Positions 48,255 to 58,031 of a stretch of 64,000 nt of DNA are shown here, piece by piece. Where the stretch lies: assembly GCA_024650005.2 (NCBI GenBank), contig CP122380.1:1376001-1440000 (forward strand), in the 5' to 3' direction. The position numbers were made by a program, and so were the translations under genes. Under the pieces are notes generated by a model. The model saw nothing but the letters and a program-made list of their open reading frames with translations. It was not told where the DNA came from and ran no database searches. Source of the DNA: Candidatus Bathyarchaeum tardum. GTDB lineage: Archaea > Thermoproteota > Bathyarchaeia > Bathyarchaeales > Bathyarchaeaceae. Each line of letters begins with the position of its first letter. Positions within the stretch are counted from its first letter, which is position 1.

Positions 48255-48440
48255 ATGACCGATAAAGCTTGCAGAATTTGCCATTTTATTTCAGATGGTT
48301 CAATTTGTCCGAACTGTGACGAATCAGATTTGAGTGATGACTTCTCAGGAATAGTCGTTATCATTGATCCTGAAGGCTCGGCTGTTGCTCGCGCCATGAA
48401 GGTGAAAAAGAAAGGTCACTATGCACTTCGAGTAAGGTAG
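48255..48440 (+). CDS. spt4: transcription elongation factor Spt4 (RpoE'')
   Basis: ACRICH...CPNC, GIVVIIDPEGS, GHYALRVR. Confidence 0.95.
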   Translation: MTDKACRICHFISDGSICPNCDESDLSDDFSGIVVIIDPEGSAVARAMKVKKKGHYALRVR

Positions 48441-48446
48441 GTCACA

Positions 48447-48971
48447 ATTATACGCGTCATAAATGATGAACTGCGTAAAGAACTCAAAGAACCTCAAGGG
48501 GTTTTAATTCAGGGTTCTGTTGAGGAAACCATGAACAAACTCAAAGACTATATTTTAGAAGAAAAACCATCAACAGTGATTTCAGTGGGGGATGTAGTGT
48601 CACAAAACATTGTTGAATCAGGAATCTCTGTAGACATTTTGATTGTAGACAATAAAACAATGCGAAAAACAATTCAGCCAATCACCGCCATTGCTCAAAA
48701 GACACTATATACAAAAAATCCTGCAGGAACCATAACTGACGAAGCCTGGAATACAATAAAACTAGCATTACAAGATAAGGTGAAAACCAAGATAGTTGTT
48801 GACGGAGAAGAGGATTTACTCACTTTGGTGACTGTTTTGTCGGCACCTGAAGATGCATTGGTTGTTTATGGGCAACCTAAAGTTGGGATTGTTTTGGTTA
48901 AAGTAACGGACAAAAGCAGAAAAAACATGCGCCGTTTCGTTGATTTAATGAGTAATTCTTCGAAAAGCTAA
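48447..48971 (+). CDS. GTP-dependent dephospho-CoA kinase (DUF359); start uncertain, first ATG at 48531
   Basis: VGDVVS, DNKTMR, NPAGTI, GEEDL, YGQP; LRKELKEPQG encoded in frame upstream of the first ATG. Confidence 0.88.
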   Translation: MIRVINDELRKELKEPQGVLIQGSVEETMNKLKDYILEEKPSTVISVGDVVSQNIVESGISVDILIVDNKTMRKTIQPITAIAQKTLYTKNPAGTITDEAWNTIKLALQDKVKTKIVVDGEEDLLTLVTVLSAPEDALVVYGQPKVGIVLVKVTDKSRKNMRRFVDLMSNSSKS

Positions 48972-49017
48972 AGTACGGGGGATGTGTCAATTCATCTGCA
49001 ACTACGGAAGTGTAGCA

Positions 49018-49350
49018 ATGAAGGTTAGTATCACCTCTAAACAGCAAAATAATCTTATGAAAAGGAAAGAAGTGTCATTTAGTGTTGACCACTCTGAGAC
49101 TGGAGGCACTCCAACACGTGCTGAAGTTAGTAATCAACTTGCATCATTGTTAAAGGTTAAACGTGAATTAGTTTACATCACTAACATGCAAACCAAAACA
49201 GGAACAATGACCACCGTTGGTGATGCAAATGTTTACGATTCAGTTGAACAAGCTAAAAATCTGGAACCAAAACACATAGTCAACCGAAATGCAGTTCCAG
49301 AAAAAACAGTTCAAGAAGAAGCCCCTGAAGAAAACACGGAGGAAGAGTAA
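49018..49350 (+). CDS. rps24e: 30S ribosomal protein eS24
   Basis: NNLMKRKEV, TPTRAEV, ANVYDS, EPKHIVNRN. Confidence 0.93.
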   Translation: MKVSITSKQQNNLMKRKEVSFSVDHSETGGTPTRAEVSNQLASLLKVKRELVYITNMQTKTGTMTTVGDANVYDSVEQAKNLEPKHIVNRNAVPEKTVQEEAPEENTEEE

Positions 49351-49352
49351 AC

Positions 49353-49550
49353 ATGCCAAAAAAAGAATCAAAACAAAAATCCAAAAAAGCTGAAAAGAAA
49401 AGCCACGAATTCTATAACATTGAAGAACAAGAAGTCAAACGATTACGTCCAAATTGTGAACGTTGTGGACCCGGATACTTCATGGCAGACCACGGCAACC
49501 GATACACATGCGGTGCTTGCGGATTAACAAGATACAAACAACAATCATAA
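49353..49550 (+). CDS. rps27ae: 30S ribosomal protein eS31 (S27ae)
   Basis: CERCGPGYFMADHGNRYTCGACG. Confidence 0.95.
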   Translation: MPKKESKQKSKKAEKKSHEFYNIEEQEVKRLRPNCERCGPGYFMADHGNRYTCGACGLTRYKQQS

Positions 49551-49566
49551 ACCCACAATTTGGAAG

Positions 49567-50001
49567 ATGGGTCAAAAAATGGTTAATGTCCGAGTTTTCT
49601 TGAAAAACATTTCGGCAGAAAATTACTGGGAAATAGGTAGACCCATCCCACCAGTAAAAATCGCCACCAACCTTAACGTGGTTGGAGTAAACAAAACAAG
49701 TGACCAGCTACTTGAAGTCCCTTTTGTTTTCAACATTAACTATAATCCTGCAGTAGCTCACATTAATTTTAAAGGAATCAGCCATGTTTCAGGTGAACCC
49801 GAAGAACTAGAAGAAATCACAAAAAACCACAAAGACAAGAAACCTCCGTCACCAATTGTTCTTCAATCGATATCTAACATTGTCTTTTTAGAGTCAGTAA
49901 TATTGTGCAGAACCCTAAACATTCCACCCCCTATACCACTGCCAAAAATTGGTGCTCCAGGTCAACAAAAGAAACGGGCCGAACCAACATACAGAGCATA
50001 A
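49567..50001 (+). CDS. conserved archaeal hypothetical protein (possibly SecB-like fold)
   Basis: FVFNINYNPAVAHINFKG and LNIPPPIPLP motifs. Confidence 0.7.
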   Translation: MGQKMVNVRVFLKNISAENYWEIGRPIPPVKIATNLNVVGVNKTSDQLLEVPFVFNINYNPAVAHINFKGISHVSGEPEELEEITKNHKDKKPPSPIVLQSISNIVFLESVILCRTLNIPPPIPLPKIGAPGQQKKRAEPTYRA

Positions 50002-50139
50002 ACAGCTAGAGAACTTTTCAAAGGGTCTAGAGTGTTGATTTAGAACACAAGAGCCTTTTAGGGCAATTCTAACATTTGAAAGGAAAAAAGGTAAACATTA
50101 TAGATGCGAAATTTTATCACAAAAAAATTAATTAATTAA

Positions 50140-50694
50140 TTAATTAACTCTTCTTCCGAAATAATAATTATTTTTTATAGAAAAAGTACCTTTTTTGTGA
50201 TAATTATATTTAATTCCAAACATAATTGAAAGCAGTAATGTAAGTAGACCTAATGAAATGAGAAAAATCGATGCCCATAACATATCTTTTTCATAACCAT
50301 AAAGTGTCATAGATATTGATACAGACGTATTTACAGCAAATGGATTATAGATTAGAACAGCATAGGAACCACGATTATTGATTTGCAGGACGGACATTTC
50401 TTGAGTTACATTCAGAAATGACGACGTTGAGTCGATAATCTCATTTGTTGTCCATATGTTTCTTTGTTTTTCATCAAGAATATATACATCAACAGGTGAA
50501 TTTGCATTTATTTCTATTCGGAGTTCTCGGGGAAACCAGAGGAATTCATTGGGGGTGGACCAGCCGTTAGCAGGTAAGTTATCTATTTCCATGCCAAAGG
50601 GTCCATATGGTTTACTGCCTCTAAGAACTGTGACTAAAAGAAATGAAACTCCAATCATTAGAAGTATTATTCCAACTCGGGTTACTTTCATCAT
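50140..50694 (-). CDS. two-TM membrane protein associated with an ABC exporter
   Basis: N- and C-terminal TM flanking a beta-rich domain; co-oriented with the ABC genes. Confidence 0.7.
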   Translation of the reverse strand: MMKVTRVGIILLMIGVSFLLVTVLRGSKPYGPFGMEIDNLPANGWSTPNEFLWFPRELRIEINANSPVDVYILDEKQRNIWTTNEIIDSTSSFLNVTQEMSVLQINNRGSYAVLIYNPFAVNTSVSISMTLYGYEKDMLWASIFLISLGLLTLLLSIMFGIKYNYHKKGTFSIKNNYYFGRRVN

Positions 50695-50706
50695 TGATTT
50701 TTTTCC

Positions 50707-51447
50707 TCAATCTACTTCCATCTTACTAAAATAAAAAATGGACATAAATATTAATAAAGCTGAAATAATAGTTGGAATAGAAAATGCCAAAATTACTTCT
50801 TCTATTTCTGGAACATTCACCATTGCCGTGGGCAGAATGTCATGAGTTAGTTGTCCATAATAAGCAAAAACAATCTTAAATCTGCCTGTTGAATTTAAGT
50901 AACTTGTAGCAGTTGTAATATTATCAATTCCATACAAAAGAAGTATAGAGGTCAAAATAGCAACTATTTCATTTTTTAGCAATAAAGAAACAACAACTAC
51001 AACTGTGGACATTAACAATATTTGAAGAAAAATACTCAAAAGCGATATGTAAAACATTGGTTCAAAGAAGTTTAAGGCGTGGAGATATATGTGCAAAGAA
51101 AAAATTGCACCGTATATAATACATAGAGTAAAAAACATAGCAAGGAATTTTGAAAGAAATACCTGCCATCTTTTCACAGGATAGGACAAAAGTACTTTGG
51201 TTTCTCCTTTTCCATAACTACCCGCAAAGATTCTGGAAAGAATGGCAGATGTAACAAAAATTAAAAAAAGAAAAACATTTTGAATTCCCCAATGCAAATT
51301 CGAATAACTCATAACAGGGGATATCTCAAGAATTGATTGATTTATTATTGAATAAATTGCGGTAAATAATAGCAACTCCAGAATGGGAAAAGCCAAATAT
51401 TCTTCAAGCTCCCAAAGCAGCAACTTCTGCAAAGTTTTTTGTCTCAC
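50707..51447 (-). CDS. ABC-2 permease
   Basis: GETKVLLSYPVKRWQVFLSKF motif, about 6 TM. Confidence 0.85.
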   Translation of the reverse strand: MRQKTLQKLLLWELEEYLAFPILELLLFTAIYSIINQSILEISPVMSYSNLHWGIQNVFLFLIFVTSAILSRIFAGSYGKGETKVLLSYPVKRWQVFLSKFLAMFFTLCIIYGAIFSLHIYLHALNFFEPMFYISLLSIFLQILLMSTVVVVVSLLLKNEIVAILTSILLLYGIDNITTATSYLNSTGRFKIVFAYYGQLTHDILPTAMVNVPEIEEVILAFSIPTIISALLIFMSIFYFSKMEVD

Positions 51448-52361
51448 TTTTCATCAACCCCTGCCGTTGCTTTATAAATCTCTTCGAGGGTCCCAAGTAA
51501 TTGTTGGAAACTTTGCAACTGTAATCCCAGCTCTGCGGCGACACATGGAACCTGTTTACAGAATACGGTTGGATCTTCAACTTTGCAATAAATTGTTTCA
51601 TTTTCAACCCAAACGCGATCAACTATTTCAAGATCCCTAATTTTAGACGCAAGCAAATAACAGTTTGATGCTTCAATCTTGTAGATGTTTGCTGAATATT
51701 TTGCAGCAAGCTTTTTTACATCACCTTGATCCACAATCGACCCAGAATCGATTATACAAAGCCAATTACAAATTTTTTCTAAATCGCTTAAGATATGAGT
51801 TGATATTAAAAAACTAGTGCCCTTATCTTCATGTATTTGCTTTATCTTTTGCAGTAATGTGATACGACCTGATGGGTCTATATTCGCAGTAGGTTCATCA
51901 AGTATTGCAAGTTCAGGTTCACCTATCAAAGCTTGTGCTAGACCTAAACGTCTAAGCATACCTGCAGAGTAAGTTTTGATCTGCTTGTCTCGTGTGTCGC
52001 TCAATCCAACATCTTTCAAAGCTTTTTTAGCCTGCTTTTTTACTTGTGAAACGTCGTAGAGCCCAGCAACATGTTCCAAAAAGCGGCGACCTGTGAAGTT
52101 ATTTGGGTATGCATTGTTTTCATGCATAACACCCAATCTTCGCCTTATTTCAAAGGAATCATGCCAACAATCCAAACCGAAAATTGAGGCATCACCCCGA
52201 TCTTGTTTTAACAAACCTAAAAGAATCCCTATTGTAGTAGTTTTACCAGACCCATTCTTGCCAATAAAACCAGCTATGCCTTTAGGAACCTGAAGATTCA
52301 AATCGTTCAAAGCTTCAGTGCATCCAAAACTTTTGAAAACGTTAACGGTCTTTATTAGCAA
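51444..52361 (-). CDS. ABC transporter ATP-binding protein
   Basis: GKNGSGKT, YSAGM, ILDEPT, ISTH. Confidence 0.93.
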   Translation of the reverse strand: MLIKTVNVFKSFGCTEALNDLNLQVPKGIAGFIGKNGSGKTTTIGILLGLLKQDRGDASIFGLDCWHDSFEIRRRLGVMHENNAYPNNFTGRRFLEHVAGLYDVSQVKKQAKKALKDVGLSDTRDKQIKTYSAGMLRRLGLAQALIGEPELAILDEPTANIDPSGRITLLQKIKQIHEDKGTSFLISTHILSDLEKICNWLCIIDSGSIVDQGDVKKLAAKYSANIYKIEASNCYLLASKIRDLEIVDRVWVENETIYCKVEDPTVFCKQVPCVAAELGLQLQSFQQLLGTLEEIYKATAGVDEK

Positions 52362-52536
52362 ATTCCCGATTCACAAGCCCCTCTTGGCAATTATGCACAA
52401 AAAGGTTATAAATTTTATGCAATAAACGTAATTAAAATTTTATTTTATTACAAAAATGAATATTACAAAATTGAAGAAAAGAGTTATTAATATTTTGATA
52501 CATAAGAATGTCTACCTTTAAAATAGGGGTGATAAA

Positions 52537-52998
52537 ATGAAAAGTCAAATTCTTTTTAAAACAACGATACTTACAACGTTAGTTGTTACATTACTACTGA
52601 CTTCTTTAAGCCTAGTTTTTGCGGATCCTTTTTTGATGGACATCCAACATGACACAGATGAAGAAACACACGGAGTAACATCCTATGCGATTGGTTACTA
52701 TAGTGGTGGAAATAATTATTTCCATCAAGAATTACACAGGTCAGTTAGAGTTACAGAAGACCCATGGACTTTTACAAGCTATATGTATTATGGATTTAGG
52801 GCTATCAAAACGGATTTCACCGTAGCATATTATGACGCTTATTTTGTAAGTGCAATAAATTATCCACAATACTTCTACATTACAAATGTTCGTCAGGTAT
52901 TAACATATACTGAATGCGATTTCCTCAATTTGGACACATTAGAACCTGATAACCGTCAAATTTGGGCAGATGTAACATACTCTGGCACGCCGATATAA
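52537..52998 (+). CDS. secreted hypothetical protein
   Basis: GGGGTGA SD; signal peptide ending ...LVFA; Tyr/Thr-rich mature part. Confidence 0.72.
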   Translation: MKSQILFKTTILTTLVVTLLLTSLSLVFADPFLMDIQHDTDEETHGVTSYAIGYYSGGNNYFHQELHRSVRVTEDPWTFTSYMYYGFRAIKTDFTVAYYDAYFVSAINYPQYFYITNVRQVLTYTECDFLNLDTLEPDNRQIWADVTYSGTPI

Positions 52999-53001
52999 CA
53001 A

Positions 53002-53844
53002 ATGGGAAATCACAGAGCAAACCAAGGAGAATGCAACAAAAATATGAAAACTAAACAGATGATATTTTTTTTCCTACTTTTTTTTAACATAATATTTATT
53101 GCAATGTCTGAACCCATCAATGCTTCTTTTACCCCTACATGGCTAAAAGTTGGGGCATTTGCAGAATACAGCTTCGATTCAACTTTAATCATGTTTTCCA
53201 ATTTTACAGTAATGTCATTTAGTAATAAAATACCAATGAAATTACGATGGGAGTGTTTCGAATTAAACGAAACCCTAGCAGGCTTGGAAGTCTCTCTCAA
53301 CGCCAAGCAAGATAATGAGCAAATATTTATCTCAACAGAGATCTACGTAAACATCTTCAATCGAAGTGTGTATCTCCAAAATGGAACCTTAATTGGAACG
53401 AGTCTTTTCTGGATCCAAAGTAATCCTCCCCTAGGTCAAGAAATAACGCTTTGGGATGTACCTCCAGACAAGATTACAGCAACATTTTCAGCAATCACAC
53501 AGGAACACCAATATGTTTATTCTCCAACACCACAAGGAAGACAAAAAGCGATATATCTTTCTGCAGATGGCTACATCAATGAGGAATTTAGGCACATAAG
53601 TTTAGTCTGTGATGCAGATACTGGTCTCGCTACAGACGGTTCGGTAGACAAGGACCCATCTTTGACAGCACTAAATATCAATACCTGTGGACGATCGGGC
53701 GGAATAGATTTGACGGACACTAATATTGATCTGGGTCCAAGCGAAGATTTATTTGATATACAAGAGTTTCTGCCATTAATAGCACTTGTTGTAGCAAGTG
53801 TCATCATTTTTGTAATGATTTATCGCAAGCTAAGAAAGCACTAA
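53002..53844 (+). CDS. surface protein with signal peptide and C-terminal TM anchor
   Basis: Hydrophobic N-terminus, PTWLKVGAFAEY, C-terminal TM followed by RKLRKH; start may be the ATG at 53044. Confidence 0.75.
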   Translation: MGNHRANQGECNKNMKTKQMIFFFLLFFNIIFIAMSEPINASFTPTWLKVGAFAEYSFDSTLIMFSNFTVMSFSNKIPMKLRWECFELNETLAGLEVSLNAKQDNEQIFISTEIYVNIFNRSVYLQNGTLIGTSLFWIQSNPPLGQEITLWDVPPDKITATFSAITQEHQYVYSPTPQGRQKAIYLSADGYINEEFRHISLVCDADTGLATDGSVDKDPSLTALNINTCGRSGGIDLTDTNIDLGPSEDLFDIQEFLPLIALVVASVIIFVMIYRKLRKH

Positions 53845-54168
53845 CATAGCAACGAACCATGAAGTTGATAGCCACAATTGATTTTCATTTACAATGCAGC
53901 CTCTAAAATTGCCCCGAGCAATACATGATAAAATAACAACTCGATATTTCGAACAGTTATTAAATTACAATATATATCAGTTATATTTAATTATTTAAAT
54001 ATTCAATAAAAAGGGACAAAATTTATAACTAAAATAAGCATTACTTATTCTTTGAGTGGGGGATAAAATGATTTTCAATATATTTGAGGCAATTGGATCA
54101 TTTAAAAAATCAAAGTTCAGGCTTCAAATCTGGTTTTTATTCATCGAAACTAGAGTGAGGAAAAGCTT

Positions 54169-54501
54169 TTGGATAAACTAGACCTAAGTTCGTTCAAAAA
54201 AAGAATTTTCACGTCTTTTTTAGACTTTTTAATTCTCGCAAACATATCAAAAAAAGAGCCGCTAAGTGGTTATGACATACTAATGCTTGTTCACAACACA
54301 TATGAAATGAAACTGAGCCCTAGCATAGTATATTATACCTTGAAAAAAATGGAAAACAAGGGACTGATAACGTCTCTAGCATATCCAAGAAAGAAAACGT
54401 ATCTGTTGACAGACAAAGGAATTAAAACAATGCATCATATTCCCAATTGGATTGATGACATCCAAGAATTCATAAAAAGTTTAGTTAAAGAGATTGTTTA
54501 G
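54169..54501 (+). CDS. PadR family regulator
   Basis: SGYDIL, SPSIVYYTLKKMENKGLI, RKKTYLLTDKG. Confidence 0.85.
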   Translation: MDKLDLSSFKKRIFTSFLDFLILANISKKEPLSGYDILMLVHNTYEMKLSPSIVYYTLKKMENKGLITSLAYPRKKTYLLTDKGIKTMHHIPNWIDDIQEFIKSLVKEIV

Positions 54502-54703
54502 GTCATTCTAACTTAAGACATGGGACACAATTATATGTACACATAATGAAACATAGTTCTCAAACCACTGTACGAGAAAGCGATAAAATAAAAAAAACAA
54601 AAATTAATCTCCAAATGAACACTATTACATCATAAAAGTGTTGAGCAGAGGCATAAACCCCCGTCTCAATTACTGTTTTGGTGGTTGTACCCATGTTTAG
54701 TGT

Positions 54704-55111
54704 TTACTTGAGCGGCACATACATTGATGACCTAGATGCACCGATACCTGGTGAACCGTGTCGTACAGGTTTATTGGTTATCGCAAATTCTCCTAGGTAA
54801 CAACCCATCATTTCGGGTTGTACATCAACGGGTATGAATTCTTTTCCATTGTGGATTAAAAGGGTAACTCCTACCATTTCAGGTAGCACTACCATGTCAC
54901 GAGCATGAGTTTTAACGGACGCTTTGGTGCCTTCGTTTTGGTTTACTTTGGCAACTCGGACGTTTTCTAGAAGCGTTCGCTGTGTCTGGCTTAGTCCACG
55001 TTGGAGACTTCTGCGTTGCCGTGAAGGAAGCAACTTTATGAATTCGTCCATGGACATGCGTTGCAGTTCCTCAATCGAATGACCGCGATACATGAATATT
55101 TTCTTCGGCAT
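54704..55111 (-). CDS. rps19: 30S ribosomal protein uS19
   Basis: RQRRSLQRG, KTHARDM, GCYLGEFA, GASRSSMYVPLK. Confidence 0.96.
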   Translation of the reverse strand: MPKKIFMYRGHSIEELQRMSMDEFIKLLPSRQRRSLQRGLSQTQRTLLENVRVAKVNQNEGTKASVKTHARDMVVLPEMVGVTLLIHNGKEFIPVDVQPEMMGCYLGEFAITNKPVRHGSPGIGASRSSMYVPLK

Positions 55112-55262
55112 CTTTTACGCACTCACCCCCCTTTTGGGTAACTGGATTTATTAAACATTTCTAACCAGCAACAAAAAATAGCAAGTTTGGTAGAACACCT
55201 GAGCACATTAGGAAACTAATAAAGGGGCATATGTTGAAAAAAATTTTTCCAAAAAAAGTAAA

Positions 55263-56147
55263 TTAACTAAAAAACAGTTGCTTACTTTTCTTTTTCTGTG
55301 AATCAGGAACAACCCATGAACCATCACAAAATGCAGAATTCAAATTGAAATTTTCTCGGCAACACCCAAATTTTAAACCATGTTGCTCGACTAGTTGTTT
55401 TGCTTGTTTCATCAAGCTGAAACGAAAAGTTTTTGGCAAATAAGTTGAACCAGCAATGTGCTCGCTTTTACTGAAATATTGTGGCTTCAGTTTTTCTGCA
55501 ACTTCTGGAAAGACTAAACTGAAGCGTTTCCAGTTATCGGGTTTGATTTTGTAAGTTGAACAGGTAACATGTAAAACCCCTAAATCCGTGACGGCTTTTA
55601 CGAGTGGTTCCAAATCGTCGTTTAGAAAAGGAATTATTGGGTCAATTCTAACGGTGGTTGGAATTTTGGCGTTCACAAGTTTTTTTATTGCAATTAATCG
55701 TTTTGAAGATGCTGGAGCAGCAGGTTCGAGTTTTTTTGACAGGAAATCTGATAAGGTCAAGATCGTTATTGAAACTCCACTGGGAACAGTTTGTAGGATG
55801 TCTATATCTCTTGTTACTAAGTCAGATTTTGTGATTATTTGAATCCTGCAAGAGTTGTTCGCCAATATTTCCAAGCTTTTTCGGGTTAAACCGAGTTTTT
55901 TGTCCAACCGGGGATAAGGGTCTGAAGAGTTAGAAATAGAAACCAGTTCCCCATTTAGTTTTGATGCTTCCCGTTTTAGTCGGGTTATCAGGTCTTTTTT
56001 TGGTCTGCACTCGTGAAAATGGGGTATATACGAAGAAGCATAACAGTACAAGCAGCCGTGGTCGCATCCAGTATAAGGATTAAAAGTTAATTTAGGTGGA
56101 CACGTGCACAGTGGAGATTTCCAAGGATCAAAGGGGGCAAGTAACAT
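55263..56147 (-). CDS. radical SAM protein (spore photoproduct lyase-like)
   Basis: NPYTGCDHGCLYCYA, SDPYP, ITKS, RIDPIIP. Confidence 0.88.
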   Translation of the reverse strand: MLLAPFDPWKSPLCTCPPKLTFNPYTGCDHGCLYCYASSYIPHFHECRPKKDLITRLKREASKLNGELVSISNSSDPYPRLDKKLGLTRKSLEILANNSCRIQIITKSDLVTRDIDILQTVPSGVSITILTLSDFLSKKLEPAAPASSKRLIAIKKLVNAKIPTTVRIDPIIPFLNDDLEPLVKAVTDLGVLHVTCSTYKIKPDNWKRFSLVFPEVAEKLKPQYFSKSEHIAGSTYLPKTFRFSLMKQAKQLVEQHGLKFGCCRENFNLNSAFCDGSWVVPDSQKKKSKQLFFS

Positions 56148-56233
56148 TGTTAGGATTCAGCATCAAAAAATGGGAAACTGGGGCTTATATTTTTGATTGG
56201 AAAAAGGGTTCAAAATAAGGAAAATGCGAAAAA

Positions 56234-57283
56234 TTAAGCAACACCGATGGTGTTTCCAACACCAACAACCAACAGTGTGTCGCCTTCTTTTGTCCGTTCT
56301 TGGATGATTCGATTTATTCTTTTTATTACTTCATCAACTGAGTTACGAACAGCGTCCGTCATAGGTGCCAAAGCTTCTTTTATAGACTGGCGAACAATAA
56401 CTGCAAACACTGAAACTTTGTTTTTAGTTGCAATTTCTTCGATTTTGTATTGTTCAATCCCTACCCCACCAATTGCTGCTCCTATACCTTCTATGACTAC
56501 GCCGGATTCTTCACCTTCAAGTTTGAGTCCCGCGTCAACCATAACGATCAGTGACAAATCTTTGTGCTTTTTTACCAACTTTGTTACAGCATCTCCAGCT
56601 TTTCCACAAGTTCCACCTGGACCTTGGGCACGGGTAACAAGGACTTTTCTGCCCTCAATATTAACTTCTGCGACGATAGTTTCTTCAGCAATTTCATGAA
56701 CTAATGCATCCCCAATCAGTGTAGAAGCCACCAAAGGACCGATGCCATCACCGATTGGTTTTTCTTGTTTGAATGCATCAATGAACGAGAAATAGGCTTC
56801 TGCTTCTTCCATAATCATGGGCAATTCCATTTGAATTTGAGTCATAGTGTAGATGCTTCCGCCCTTTTTTCCGGTTAGATAATGATGTCGGACCGTGCGA
56901 TACAAAGAATTCAAGCCATGGGCAGTTTCTACAAGGTTTCCCAAATTCTGCAATTGTTTTTCGTCAGCCGAAGGAGCCAACAACTTAATTTCGTCTTTAA
57001 ATCGGTTATCAGCAGAATTGACTAAATGTTCCAGCCTTTGGACTACTCCTTTGGGGTCCATGTCATTTGGCGAAATTGAAAAGAAATGAAGCAAGGATTC
57101 GACCCGAGGTTTTGGGTCTGTTTCAGGTTTTCCTAATTGTACTATGGCAGAAACGGCTTCTTCTTTGGCTTTGTCCCGCATGTTCTGCAGTTTATTTAAA
57201 GATTTAGAAATTTTACCTAAGGCTATATTGACTTGGATTTTTTGTGCGAAAAAGGAAAAACCGAAAATGAATACCAAGTACAC
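56234..57283 (-). CDS. DUF1512 family protein (N-terminal TM)
   Basis: PIGDGIGPLVA, VDAGLKLEGEESG, GVGNTIGVA. Confidence 0.82.
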   Translation of the reverse strand: MYLVFIFGFSFFAQKIQVNIALGKISKSLNKLQNMRDKAKEEAVSAIVQLGKPETDPKPRVESLLHFFSISPNDMDPKGVVQRLEHLVNSADNRFKDEIKLLAPSADEKQLQNLGNLVETAHGLNSLYRTVRHHYLTGKKGGSIYTMTQIQMELPMIMEEAEAYFSFIDAFKQEKPIGDGIGPLVASTLIGDALVHEIAEETIVAEVNIEGRKVLVTRAQGPGGTCGKAGDAVTKLVKKHKDLSLIVMVDAGLKLEGEESGVVIEGIGAAIGGVGIEQYKIEEIATKNKVSVFAVIVRQSIKEALAPMTDAVRNSVDEVIKRINRIIQERTKEGDTLLVVGVGNTIGVA

Positions 57284-57330
57284 AAGGTTAAAAACGTAAG
57301 TTAAAATGTTAGTATCGAAATTGAAAATCG

Positions 57331-57957
57331 TTAAGCCTCCAAGTCTGTTTCTTGTTCTTCAACTGAAACGCATTCCTGATGATTAAGGTTCTGTTTTTCT
57401 TTGTTCAATGCGACCAATCGTTTATCCACATTTTTCAGCTCTTCCTGCAACATGTTAACCATGTTCTGAATACGTTTCCGTTTCATTTCAAGAGCCTCCT
57501 TTCTGGTTTTTGACTCTTTCTCAAGAAACGGAGAAAAAAAATTTGGAAACTGCGGAATAGGCAAACCATTAGGCTCCACAGCTAATACGCTTCGAACATA
57601 TTCTTCAAAAAGACTGTTCATGCTCTCTGCGATACGGCTATGCTTCAAAAGAGCCCGATCAAGAATGCGTTTACCAGCCTCAGTTATGTGATAAATTTTT
57701 CGTTTCCTTTTTTGTGGCCCCCATTTCCCTTCTATATAACCTGCTTCTTCCAAACTTTGCAGTATGGGATACACGCCTCCAGCAGTTGGTTTCCAAAAGC
57801 CTTCAGTGCGGTCTTCGACTTCTTTCATCATCTCGTAACCATAACAAGGTTTTCGATTCAAAAGCAACAAAAAAGCGATACGCATGTACCCTTTTTGAGA
57901 CTCTTTAAGCCATTTAGAAGCAGTCTTTTCGTCGTGTCCCGGATGCATAATATTCAA
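57331..57957 (-). CDS. PadR family regulator with C-terminal coiled coil
   Basis: YGYEMMKEV, WKPTAGGVYPIL, RKIYHITEAG. Confidence 0.9.
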   Translation of the reverse strand: MNIMHPGHDEKTASKWLKESQKGYMRIAFLLLLNRKPCYGYEMMKEVEDRTEGFWKPTAGGVYPILQSLEEAGYIEGKWGPQKRKRKIYHITEAGKRILDRALLKHSRIAESMNSLFEEYVRSVLAVEPNGLPIPQFPNFFSPFLEKESKTRKEALEMKRKRIQNMVNMLQEELKNVDKRLVALNKEKQNLNHQECVSVEEQETDLEA

Positions 57958-57990
57958 GATTCTAATGTAAAAGTAATATTTATATTTTGG

Positions 57991-58004
57991 TGCAATATAT
58001 TGCA
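57991..58004. promoter_or_regulatory. perfect palindrome, candidate PadR operator
   Basis: TGCAATATATTGCA between the divergent padR and ABC operon. Confidence 0.55.
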
Positions 58005-58031
58005 GTTAAACATATTATGGGTGATTACTCA

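Noticed and set aside
54068-54181. Upstream ORF with a TTTAAAAAA run as a programmed frameshift into padR
   Set aside because: The padR frame has a TAG at 54151-54153, downstream of the run, so a shift there could not reach padR
50030-54650. Integrated mobile element with att sites
   Set aside because: No integrase, transposase or convincing flanking repeat seen
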